Position numbers and translations under genes: made by a program. Under the pieces are notes generated by a model. It did not search any database and was not told where the DNA came from. It worked only from the letters and a program-made list of their open reading frames with translations. Below are positions 52,451 to 61,833 of a DNA stretch of 64,000 nucleotides, piece by piece; within the stretch, counting starts at the first letter, position 1, and the number at the start of each line of letters is the position of its first letter. Source of the DNA: an uncultured Gemmatimonadaceae bacterium (GTDB lineage: Bacteria > Gemmatimonadota > Gemmatimonadetes > Gemmatimonadales > Gemmatimonadaceae); the NCBI GenBank assembly GCA_963781585.1, contig CAWAGQ010000008.1, positions 369,756 through 433,755 on the forward strand, given 5' to 3'.

Positions 52451-54474
52451 CTAATGGCTCACGAGCTTCCGCGCGACCTCTACCACATGGTCGGCTGTGA
52501 GCCCGAGCTCCTTGTAGATCCGCTCATATGGAGCCGATGCCCCGAACCGCTCCAGTCCGATTACGGCGCCGTCGTCGCCCACAAAGCGCTGCCACGACAT
52601 CGGATGCGCTGCTTCGATCGCGATTCGTCGCGCGCTCGTCGGAATCACGGCGCGGCGATACTCCGCCGGCTGCGCCAGAAAGAGCTCATGACAGGGCATG
52701 CTGACCACACGAGTCGGCAGGTTCTCCGCCTCCAGCCGCTGCTGAGCCTCGAGCGCGATCTGCACTTCGGAGCCTGACGACATCAACACCACGGTCGGCC
52801 TGCCGCCCCTGGCCTCGGCCAGGACGTAGCCCCCACGGGCCAGCTCGCTTGCCGCGCCGCGACCGGCGCGATCGATGAAGGGGAGCTTCTGCCGGGTGAG
52901 CACGAGCGCCACGGGCCCGTCGCGGTGCAGCAGCGCCACACGCCATGCCTCGGCCACCTCCGACGCATCGGCCGGGCGAATGACCGTGAGATGAGGAATG
53001 GCGCGGAGCGATGAGAGCTGCTCGATGGGTTGATGCGTCGGGCCGTCTTCTCCCAGTCCCACCGAGTCGTGTGTGTAGACATAGATGACGTGCCGGCGCA
53101 TGAGCGCGGCCAGCCGCACGGCCGGTCGCATGTAGTCGGAGAAGATGAGAAAGGTGCCGCCGTACGGAATGATGCCGCCGTGCAGCGACATGCCATTCAT
53201 CATCGCGGCCATGGCGTGCTCCCGGACTCCGAACGGGATGTTTCGCCCGGCGTAGTTCTCGGCGGAAAAGCGCGGCGCGTCCTTGATGGTGGTGAGATTC
53301 GATGTACTGAGGTCCGCGGAACCGCCGATCAGCTCGGGAACCCGCGACGCCACGGCGTTGAGCACGGTGCCTGACGAGGCACGGGTGGCACCGCTGCCGC
53401 TTTCGCGCGTGAACGCGGGGATCGCGCTCTGCCACCCGCCGGGGAGGTCGCCACGCAGGCGGCGTCCGAGCTCCTTCGCTTCGCGCCGGGAAGGCCTTCG
53501 AGTACGCGATGAGTGCGCGGCGCCACGCGTCGTGCACCTCGGCGCCGGTGTCGCGGGTGCGCCGCCAGTGCGTCAGCACTTCCTCCGGCACCGTGAACGG
53601 CTCGCTCGTACGTCCAGCCGAGGTTCTGCTTGGTGAGCGCCACCTCCTCCACGCCTAACGCTTCGCCATGCGCCTTGGCGGTGTCCTGGCGGTGCGGCGA
53701 CCCGTACCCGATGTGCGTTCGCAGGATCACCAGTGACGGTCGCGCTTCCTCGGCCCGCGCCGCGGCAATGGCCTCGTCCAGTGCATCGAGGTCGTTCACG
53801 TCCGGCACGCGCTGAACATGCCAGTGGTACGCCTCGAACCGCCTGGCCACGTCGTCGCTGAACGTCAGGTCGGTGCTGCCGTCGATGGTGATGTGGTTGT
53901 CGTCGTAGAAGCCGACCAGCTTGCCGAGCTTGAAGTGTCCGGCGAAGCTCGCCGCTTCGTGCGAGATGCCTTCCATCAGGTCGCCGTCGCTGCAGATGAA
54001 CCACGTGCGGTGGTCGATGAGGGGGTGTCCGTCGCGATTGAAGACGGCGGCCAGATGCGCCTCCGCTGCCGCCATCCCCACCGCATTCGCGAACCCCTGT
54101 CCCAGGGGACCGGTGGTGGTCTCCACGCCGGGAGTGAGGTCGTGCTCGGGGTGTCCCGGCGTGCGGCTCCCCCACTGCCGGAACTGCTTGATGTCGTCGA
54201 GCGAGAGGTCGTACCCGCTCAGGTACAGCGATGCGTACAGCAGCATCGACGCATGACCATTGGACAGCACGAACCGGTCCCGGTCAGGCCATGTCGGATC
54301 CGAGGGATCGTGCCGCAGGTGGCGCGTGAAGAGCACGTACGCCAGCGGAGCGAGCCCCATCGGGGCGCCCGGATGGCCGCTATCCGCCTTTTGCACGGCG
54401 TCCATCGCCAACGTGCGCACCGTGTTGATGGAGAGCAGGTCGAGGGAGCTGGACGTCTCGGAGGCGTGAACCAC
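52451..54474 (-). CDS. tkt: Transketolase, with two apparent +1 frameshifts (about 53605 and 53483)
   Basis: [37 protein letters not shown]; next frame EPFTVPEE...AFPA; next frame [30 protein letters not shown]. Confidence 0.93.
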
Positions 54475-54591
54475 GGGTCGTTGGATGGAAGGTCGGGGAG
54501 GGTCGAAGTCTGGTCCGGCCCGAGTGAGGGAGGAAAGCGGGGCCGCGAATCGGAAAGTTATCGCGAGACCGGCGGGTGCGCTCCATACTTC

Positions 54592-55581
54592 ATGTGCAGG
54601 CGCACCGCCCGGCGTCGGCCGGGCGGCTCCGCTGCACCACTCCAACCGGAGACTCCAATCGCCATCGAACACATCAGCGACACCGCTCGCTGGGTCGCGG
54701 TCTATCGAGCCATGGAGACCGACCGGCCGGACGCGATTTTCCGGGACCCGTATGCGCGGCGCCTCGCCGGCGAGCGCGGTGAGGCCATCGTCGACCATCT
54801 GAAACGGGGCCGGGCTATGGCCTGGCCCATGATCGTCCGCACCGCCGTGTTCGATGAGCTCATCCTGGCATGCGTGCGTGAGCGCGGCGCCGACATGGTC
54901 ATCAACCTCGCCGCCGGACTCGACGCCCGGCCCTGGCGCATGCCGCTTCCGCGCGAGCTGCGCTGGGTCGACGTGGATCTGCCGGAGATCCTCCAGTACA
55001 AGACCGACATGCTGCGCGATGATGCGCTGGTCTGCCGATACGAGGCGGTCTTCACCGATCTGACCGATGCCGACGCAAGACGATCGCTGTTCGAGCGACT
55101 GGGGGCGGAGTCGAAGCGGACGCTGATTCTCACCGAAGGCCTGCTGGTGTATCTCACTCCGGAACAGGTGAGCGCGCTGGCGACGGATCTGCACGCGCAA
55201 CGTGAATTCCAATGGTGGGTGATCGATCTGGCCAGTCCGCTGCTCCGCAAATTCATCGAGAGGTCGTGGGGATCGGCGCTGGAGAAGGGAAACGCTCCCA
55301 TGCGCTTCTTTCCGGTGGAGGGAACCGACTTCTTCCGTCCACTCGGCTGGCGCGAGGTGGCATTCCGTTCAACCGGAGAAGAGTCGCGCCGTTTGCACCG
55401 CGAGATGAAGGGTGCGTGGCTGTGGCGGATTCTGGGGCTGATGATGTCGAAGGAGCGGCGCGCGGCATATCAGCGCATGTCCGGGCAGGTGCTGCTCGAG
55501 CGCGTCGAGGTTGAGAAGGTGATCAGTGATCGGTTGTCGGTGGTGAGCGCGTACAGCGCCCGGTGCGGGCCGAGCCCGTAG
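54592..55581 (+). CDS. SAM-dependent methyltransferase, LCM/TIGR00027-like
   Basis: [48 protein letters not shown]. Start uncertain. Confidence 0.88.
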   Translation: MCRRTARRRPGGSAAPLQPETPIAIEHISDTARWVAVYRAMETDRPDAIFRDPYARRLAGERGEAIVDHLKRGRAMAWPMIVRTAVFDELILACVRERGADMVINLAAGLDARPWRMPLPRELRWVDVDLPEILQYKTDMLRDDALVCRYEAVFTDLTDADARRSLFERLGAESKRTLILTEGLLVYLTPEQVSALATDLHAQREFQWWVIDLASPLLRKFIERSWGSALEKGNAPMRFFPVEGTDFFRPLGWREVAFRSTGEESRRLHREMKGAWLWRILGLMMSKERRAAYQRMSGQVLLERVEVEKVISDRLSVVSAYSARCGPSP

Positions 55582-55991
55582 TCGGCGCGCAGCGATGCCC
55601 ACAGGTCCCCGCGCCGTGGGACGCCAGTAGCGATGTTCATCCATCAGCGCCTATTCGCGACCCCTTGCGACCGGCCTCGCAGGCCGCGATGGCCGGCTGC
55701 TGCGCGAGTGGGACGTCGCGCTCAACCGTCCTGTGACGAGGGATCCCGGGGGCGGCCTGGCGCTGGGCCCGGCGCAACCTCGCTCGCAATGGGCGCCCGC
55801 CCGGGACAGGACGTGCACGTGCACTGCCGGCATGAGACACGCGGCGCACACATATCCTCCCTCCCTAGCCGGGCGCAATCTCAACGTACGAGTCGATTTG
55901 TGCGGGCTGGGAGCGGTCTGTCCTCGCAAAGGCCATCCAGGCGAAAAAGGTCGTGCCTTGGATCTATCGACCCTAGCCACAAATAAACGCC

Positions 55992-56042
55992 TGTTGTAAA
56001 CCCTTTACAACATGCCTAAGCTGTTGTAAAGTTCTTACAACG
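55992..56042. promoter_or_regulatory. Two 21-bp palindromic operators overlapping a sigma70-like promoter
   Basis: TGTTGTAAA-ccc-TTTACAACA (55992-56012) and TGTTGTAAA-gtt-CTTACAACG (56022-56042); TTTACA (56004)-N17-TAAAGT (56027) faces the XRE gene. Confidence 0.8.
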
Positions 56043-56116
56043 GCAAGGGAGGCCCTTGTCGTTAGCGGGCAGGGCTCGCGGCTGCCGGGGGGTCCCCGGC
56101 ATGGAGGTTAGAACCG

Positions 56117-56521
56117 ATGAGACGTATTAAGGCAGTTCCGAAAGCTCGAATAGAGAGCTTCGGGGGATTCTTCGCGAACCAGCGTCGAACCCGCACGAAA
56201 ATGAGCCTTCGCCAGTTCTGTCAGAAACACGGTTTCGACGCAGGAAACCTAAGCAAGCTCGAACGTGGCAGGATGGCCGTGCCGCAATCTCGCGATGTAT
56301 TGGAGCGCTATGCGGAAGCGCTGGGACTCAAGGAAGGTTCGGATGACTGGTATGAGTTCTTCGACCGAGCAGCTGCAGAAAATGGACGGATCCCTTCTGA
56401 TCTGCTCGAGGATGCTGCGCTGGCACCCAAACTGCCTGTTCTTTTTCGCGCGCTCCGAGACGACGATGCTAGCGATGAAGAGAAGCTTAAGGAGCTCATG
56501 GAGATTATTCGGCGAGCTTGA
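56117..56521 (+). CDS. XRE-family HTH transcriptional regulator
   Basis: FGGFF...R...MSLRQFC...GFDAGNLSKLERG...P...L..YAEALGL; GGAGG RBS. Confidence 0.9.
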   Translation: MRRIKAVPKARIESFGGFFANQRRTRTKMSLRQFCQKHGFDAGNLSKLERGRMAVPQSRDVLERYAEALGLKEGSDDWYEFFDRAAAENGRIPSDLLEDAALAPKLPVLFRALRDDDASDEEKLKELMEIIRRA

Positions 56522-56596
56522 CGTTCTGGTCTGTTACCCACGATCAGCCACTCGCTGTGAGCGCGTTGTCATGACGGATTCCTCGAGGCGCGTCCT

Positions 56597-57222
56597 TTGA
56601 CGGCCGAGCGTCGTTACCCTCCGCCTCAATGGCTGTCGGACAACGCGATGCAGGAAGAGGTTGACGCATTCCTTGAGGAGTTCTGGCCAGAACGTACCTG
56701 GCCAATTGACATCGAAGCGATAGTCGATTCACGGGCTGGGCTGGATATTGTCAACGCGCAGGGAATCGTGAGCGCGTATGACATCGATGGCTTTCTGTCG
56801 AACGATATGAGTACGATCTACGTGGATGAGTATTGGCGAGGGGTCCCACACTCCACCGATACCGTTTCACCTTGGCTCACGAAATCGGTCACTGGTATCT
56901 CCATGAGGAACTCTACGCTGCGGCACAGTACAGTGATCCTTCGGAGCTCCTCCGGTTTCGCGCCGAATTACCGGCGGGCGATTTGGCTTCGTACGAGTGG
57001 CAAGCCAGCCAGTTCGCAGGACTGATCTTAGTCCCGCCCCACGCATTGCAAGCGACGCTTAAGCAGGCGATGACTTTGGCGCGCAGGAAGGGTCTGGACC
57101 CGGTGGACCTCTCGAACGACGCTCATCGGGAATACATTGCCGAATGGATCGGCCGGCGACTTGAAGTCTCCCGCGATGTCGTGCGTAGACGCGGTGCCCA
57201 TGATGGACTCTGGGAACGTTGA
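56597..57222 (+). CDS. ImmA/IrrE-family metallopeptidase, one apparent frameshift near 56835
   Basis: Frame 1: WPIDIEAI...DGFLS.D..TIYVD; frame 2: RYRFTLAHEIGHWYLH (HExxH), EWQASQFAGLILVP, LEVS. Confidence 0.85.
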
Positions 57223-57223
57223 C

Positions 57224-58760
57224 CTACTTAGACCTCTCCGGCACCCTGAGCTCCCGTCTCATCGGCACCGGTACCGGCTCATCGAGCTTCCACCGGACCG
57301 TGATTGGCTTGTCACCTTCCCAGCTCACGAACCTGAGCGGTCCCGCATAGACGAACCCCAGCGTCTTGCCCGCCTGCTTCGCAGTGGCCCGAACGAAGAG
57401 ATGCACTCCAATGTTCAACTGCTCGTGCCCCGCTAACCGCTTCCCCGCATCGCTCTCCCGCGCCGTTCGGTTCTGACTCTGCCACTGAAACGTGGAAGGG
57501 TCCAGAAACTCATCGGTGTATTTGTGTTCCTCAGGCTTGCCACTCTTGTCCAGGGTGACGAATAGCAGCACGAGCCCAGGTCGCTCGACCACGCCGGATT
57601 GCGATTCGAACGCCTTGAACTCAAACCCAAACAGCTTCGGCACGTCCGCGCGCGTGTAGCGCTGCCAATAGCGTGGCTGCGAATCGGCTTCTCCCCGGTC
57701 CGGCGATAGTACGTACTCGTCGTTCGAACGCTCAAACATGACGCGATGAGCTGGTGCCTGGTTGGCCCGCCCCTTCGCCGAACCATTTTCGCAGCACATC
57801 GCCGAGCACGTTGGCCTCGGCGCCTTTGCTTGTGCATGACGTTGACAGCGACCTTGACGAAGTTCGCGAGGTACGGCTCTCCATCGGCGGTGACGTCAAC
57901 CCAGCCTTCGGGAATCCCCGCCACCCTGTCGCGCGAGGGGAGAAACAGGATTGGCTGACTGCCGGCATGAGACACTCGGCAGACAATACGCGGCGCACCG
58001 TCCACAATTCCGGTCCGCCTGATGTACTGCGCGAGTCGCCACTCGGTGATCTCGCGAACCAACGCGGCAGTCGCATCACGGAGCGCATCGGGAACCTCGA
58101 GGCGCGCAGCGAACTGCTTGCTCTCGTAGCTGAAGTACTTCTCGCCGGCTGTGCCCTTGCCGCCGACCCACGCGGGAATGGGATGTTCCTCCAGAAGCGC
58201 GATTAGCGCAGCATCGTCGGCCAGTGCATCCGCGAATTCAGTCCGAAGCGCAGCACTTCGCTGAACGATGACTCGCACGCGGGCAACAAGACGCTCGATC
58301 GGGATGGAGCCGGGGAGGGCCTCTTCGGCGAGCATCGCGAGGAGCACGACCATCTTGAAGCTGCGCGTGAGCGGAGTCACCTCGAGCGATTGCAGAAACG
58401 CTCGCAGCCGCGACTCGGCGGCGTCCGCGTTGGCGTCCAAGTCTCCCATGGTGCGCACGAACTGGAACCAGGAGCCGTAACCCTGCCGAGTGGCCCGCGG
58501 ATCGTAGCCGTCGTGGAATGCTTCGGTCGCAGTTGGGCGGACACCGTTTCGGTCGCGGAAGTCGGTGTAGTACGACATGAGAGCCTGAGGCCGGTCCATA
58601 TCGCGTTGCAGAAGCGTCCGCAGTATTTCGATGGCCTCGAGATCGTAGGTGACCGAGCAACCGGGAGGCAGGAGTTCACCAGCGCGGCCTCCGTCGACCA
58701 GCCGGAGCGCGTATGCCGTGCTCGCGGCGCTTCCATCCCAGGCTACTCGTGGACTCAACT
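57224..58760 (-). pseudogene. C-terminal portion of a DUF3427-type helicase-associated protein; 5' part absent, two apparent frameshifts (about 57828 and 57752)
   Basis: LPPGCSVTYDLEAI...RPTA.E...SW..FV..MG...SFKMVVLLAML, ending in YTRADV...LLFVTLDK...YTDEF...FQWQSQ...VHLFVR...FVYAG...DKPITVRW.L. No helicase motifs upstream. Confidence 0.7.
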
Positions 58761-58922
58761 CCTGGTGCCGCTTGTTACCACTGTGAGCCTTCTCACGAGC
58801 TAGCGCGTGTGGATGTGCGATCAAATGATGACGCGCCGTTCAGCCGTAACGCGTATGATGGAGAATACCGAGATACGAAGCCCCGCCGTTTGCGAACGAA
58901 GGTGAATTCGAGGTCACCCACA

Positions 58923-59720
58923 ATGCAGTCAGACACCGTCCGTGTTTTGATTTGGGGTAAAACCTACCCTGAATTGAGCGCCAAGTATGTGGAGACCGTG
59001 TGCACCGGCGGTGTGCGCGAGGACGGCTCTCCCATTCGCCTCTATCCGGTTCCGCTGCGCTATCTCGACACGGGGAATCAGTATCAGCTCTACGACTGGG
59101 TCGAAGCACCGATCCAGAGAAATCTGAAGGACCCTCGTCCAGAAAGCTTCAAAGTATCTGCGGACAGAATCGCCCTCGTCGGGCACATCAATCCGGATAC
59201 GGCCGGCTGGCGCGAGCGCGCTAACCTCATATTTCGCGACCCTTCGTGGCAGTTCGCAAACATCGGCCAACTCAAGGAAGCCCAACGGCGTGACAGGCAG
59301 TCGATCGGGATCGTTACACCCGGCGAGATCGTTGACGTTCGCGCCGTCGCGAAGACTGCGAAGGAGCGTACCGAGTGGGACGAGAAGATGCTCCAAGTCC
59401 AGAGTCAGGGCGACTTATTCCGCCCGGAGTACAAGGAGCTCGAATTCCCGTCGCACGACATCCGGCTCAGATGGCGGTGCCGTGAGCCGTGCGACGAATG
59501 CAGCAGGCACCCTCATGACATGAAGGCCCTCGATTGGGGCCTGCTCAAGCTAGCGCGCCGTGAGGGGTTTGAGAAAGCGCGCGCGAGACTGGAGGTGATC
59601 AGCGACCTCCGCACCCATGACTTCAGGCTGTTCATGGGCAACTTCTTTCTGCATCAGCACATTTTTGGAATCATCGGCATGTGGTACCCGAAGATCCCTG
59701 CCCAGCCGTCTCTTCTCTAA
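58923..59720 (+). CDS. Conserved hypothetical DUF488-neighbour protein (possible OB-fold)
   Basis: VLIWGKTYP..S.KYVETVCTGG...IRLYPVP.RY...DPRPES...C...C...HDM...DW...FMGN...F.IIG.WYP; clean 265-aa ORF. Confidence 0.7.
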   Translation: MQSDTVRVLIWGKTYPELSAKYVETVCTGGVREDGSPIRLYPVPLRYLDTGNQYQLYDWVEAPIQRNLKDPRPESFKVSADRIALVGHINPDTAGWRERANLIFRDPSWQFANIGQLKEAQRRDRQSIGIVTPGEIVDVRAVAKTAKERTEWDEKMLQVQSQGDLFRPEYKELEFPSHDIRLRWRCREPCDECSRHPHDMKALDWGLLKLARREGFEKARARLEVISDLRTHDFRLFMGNFFLHQHIFGIIGMWYPKIPAQPSLL

Positions 59721-60190
59721 ATGGCGAGCAAGCGTGGCGCACCATCGGTCGCGAGATGTTCGACCTTTCGACGGCCGCGCTGCCGCCATGAGTCAGCGAG
59801 AATGCTGCGGTGGCAATCATCGGGGTGTCGCTCGAAGCATGTAAGGCAGACCCGTTTGCCGTGCGCATGCAGCTCTGCGATGAGAGTATCGAACTGGTCC
59901 ACCAGCACTTCTTCCTGTGCAAGGAAGCTGCGGTAGAGCGCCATGCACTCCGCGTGCGTCTGGGCTTTAGCGCGTAAACGCTTGGGGTTACCGGCGAATT
60001 TCGCGTGAACGTAATCGATTCCGGCAGCTGCGAGCGCGTCGGAGAGCGCACCCTTTGAGAACCCGGGCTTGTGGCTCCACGGCGTTTCCCGCACGTCGAC
60101 CAGGACGTTGATCGACGCGGCGCGCAGGAGCTCAATGAACTCCTTCAGGTCGCGCTTCTGGTAGCCGAGCGTAAAGAGCGTCCTAGCCAT
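59717..60190 (-). CDS. DUF488-family protein
   Basis: LFTLGY, LVDVRETPWSHKPGFSK..L...L...GIDYVH...GNP, CLTCFE.HPDDCHR. Confidence 0.9.
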   Translation of the reverse strand: MARTLFTLGYQKRDLKEFIELLRAASINVLVDVRETPWSHKPGFSKGALSDALAAAGIDYVHAKFAGNPKRLRAKAQTHAECMALYRSFLAQEEVLVDQFDTLIAELHAHGKRVCLTCFERHPDDCHRSILADSWRQRGRRKVEHLATDGAPRLLAI

Positions 60191-60250
60191 ATGCACCGGA
60201 AACGATCTCCAGAGACGCGAGCAACATCAAGTGCTCTATTGCTACGCACG

Positions 60251-61273
60251 TTATGCCGCTGCGCGATGATGCTGACCTTGCGAGTCCCGAGGTGCTACCG
60301 GCGCTAGTCGGGCGCTCGCTTCGACAAGCAGGAGGAGTCTCCGGTAGCTGGGCGACTCCGATGAGACGTTTGCCGAGGTGAGGGCAAACTGGGCAGCCAG
60401 CAGGTGTGAACTGACCACGGCCAGCTCGATGGGCTCGTTGAGTCGGTTGGCGGCGCGAACCATATCCTCAGCTGCGTTCATTTCTGCAGTTGCCGCGGCT
60501 ACGTACCGAGACTGCGCGAGGAGCTCCTCAGCAAGCTGGCGCGCTCGGATCCGTGCAGCCCGCGCCTGAAGATCACCGGCGTAAACGTGGTGCCGCGATG
60601 GCTCCGACGGGCGGCCGGCTGCTCGCAGAGGCGGACAGGACAGCGACTGGCCGAAGGAGTACCGGCAGCGTTGCCGCAAATCACGGAAGGTGCTCCAGCC
60701 AGCGGGAAGCCTGCTAAGGTAGATCGGCCAAAGCTGCGCGGCCGCGATGGCATCGGAAGCGGCGCAGTGCGGCATGTCAAGGGTGATGTCGTGGTGCGCA
60801 CATGCGACGTGAAACTGGCAGCAGCCGCCAAGTCGAAGCAGCTGCTGCAGGTGCATGAGGCAAACAAATGGCGGTGAGAACTCCATCCCCAACCGACCGA
60901 ACTCGCGCCGGAGGAAGCGGACATCGAATTGGGCGTTGTAGGCGGCGAGGGCACATCCAGCGAGGATGGCAGTGATATCGGCCGCGATCTCCGGAAAGGA
61001 CGGTGCAAGAGCGAGGTCATCATCGAGGATACCATGAATGTTGGAAGCGGCGACCGGGCGATCCGGGCGCACCAAGGTATGCATGGCCAACCAAGGGAGA
61101 GAGCCCGGATCGAGTCGCGCGATCGCGATTTCGACGATCCGATCGTTCGGAAGGACTCCGGTCGTCTCGATATCAACGATGGCCAGGGGTACAGAATCGA
61201 GCCGCTGGTCGAGGACGCCCTCTGTAGTGGGGACGGGAACGGAACTTGGTTTTGCAAGCCGCACGGTCGGCAT
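60251..61273 (-). CDS. DEDDh (DnaQ-like) 3'-5' exonuclease with helical C-terminal extension
   Basis: IVDIETTG, IVEIA, IHGI, AYNAQFD, HCAASDA; GGAG RBS. Confidence 0.85.
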   Translation of the reverse strand: MPTVRLAKPSSVPVPTTEGVLDQRLDSVPLAIVDIETTGVLPNDRIVEIAIARLDPGSLPWLAMHTLVRPDRPVAASNIHGILDDDLALAPSFPEIAADITAILAGCALAAYNAQFDVRFLRREFGRLGMEFSPPFVCLMHLQQLLRLGGCCQFHVACAHHDITLDMPHCAASDAIAAAQLWPIYLSRLPAGWSTFRDLRQRCRYSFGQSLSCPPLRAAGRPSEPSRHHVYAGDLQARAARIRARQLAEELLAQSRYVAAATAEMNAAEDMVRAANRLNEPIELAVVSSHLLAAQFALTSANVSSESPSYRRLLLLVEASARLAPVAPRDSQGQHHRAAA

Positions 61274-61328
61274 GGCGAGAGTCTCCAGAGTTTTCAGGGT
61301 TTTCGCGGATTATTTCCAGTTTTGGCAG

Positions 61329-61357
61329 AAAAAAAGGCCCCTCATTTCTGAGGAGCC
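61329..61357 (-). terminator. Intrinsic terminator in the exonuclease leader
   Basis: Minus strand GGCTCCTC-agaaat-GAGGGGCC-TTTTTTT. Confidence 0.72.
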
Positions 61358-61833
61358 GGATTCAGAAACGCGGCGATTTGTGAGGAATTCTTCGCCGTTT
61401 TTCTGGATTGTTTTTTCTGCTTTCGTCCTTCACGCGACGGTCCCGTTGCCGCGCTTCGATACGAGCAAGGCGGGTGCCGTCGCCGACGCAGCCTCATGGT
61501 ACAACCGACCTTCGTCCATGGCAAGGGAGCTGGCCCGAGGGGCGCGGTGACGTCGCGACGCTTGAAGGAACCGCGAGGTTGGGCGTCGGCATAACGAAGC
61601 TCGGTTGAAGCCTACAGAAGTGGCTCCGCTTTTCTGTACAGCTTCACGGGGTGAGCCAACTGGATCGGCGAGCGGGGTTAGCCTGCCGCGGGAAGCGACA
61701 GCGGGAGGAAGTAGGCCGCAGCACCCGGTTCACGCATTCCGCACCGAACACTCGGTGTCCGTCCGGGTGAATGACCTCCTCGGATTCGGCGGGGTATGCT
61801 CTGCTTCACGTCTCGAACGGAGGAAGTAGCCTC

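Noticed and set aside
53480..53610. Programmed frameshifting or a true pseudogene in tkt
   Set aside because: No slippery sequence evident, catalytic motifs intact, and similar indels hit unrelated neighbours; error is more parsimonious.
60251..61273. Replicative dnaQ
   Set aside because: Island context and atypical C-terminus; only the DEDDh fold is supported.
55900..61430. Prophage or ICE
   Set aside because: No integrase, tRNA target, flanking direct repeats or structural/conjugation genes seen.
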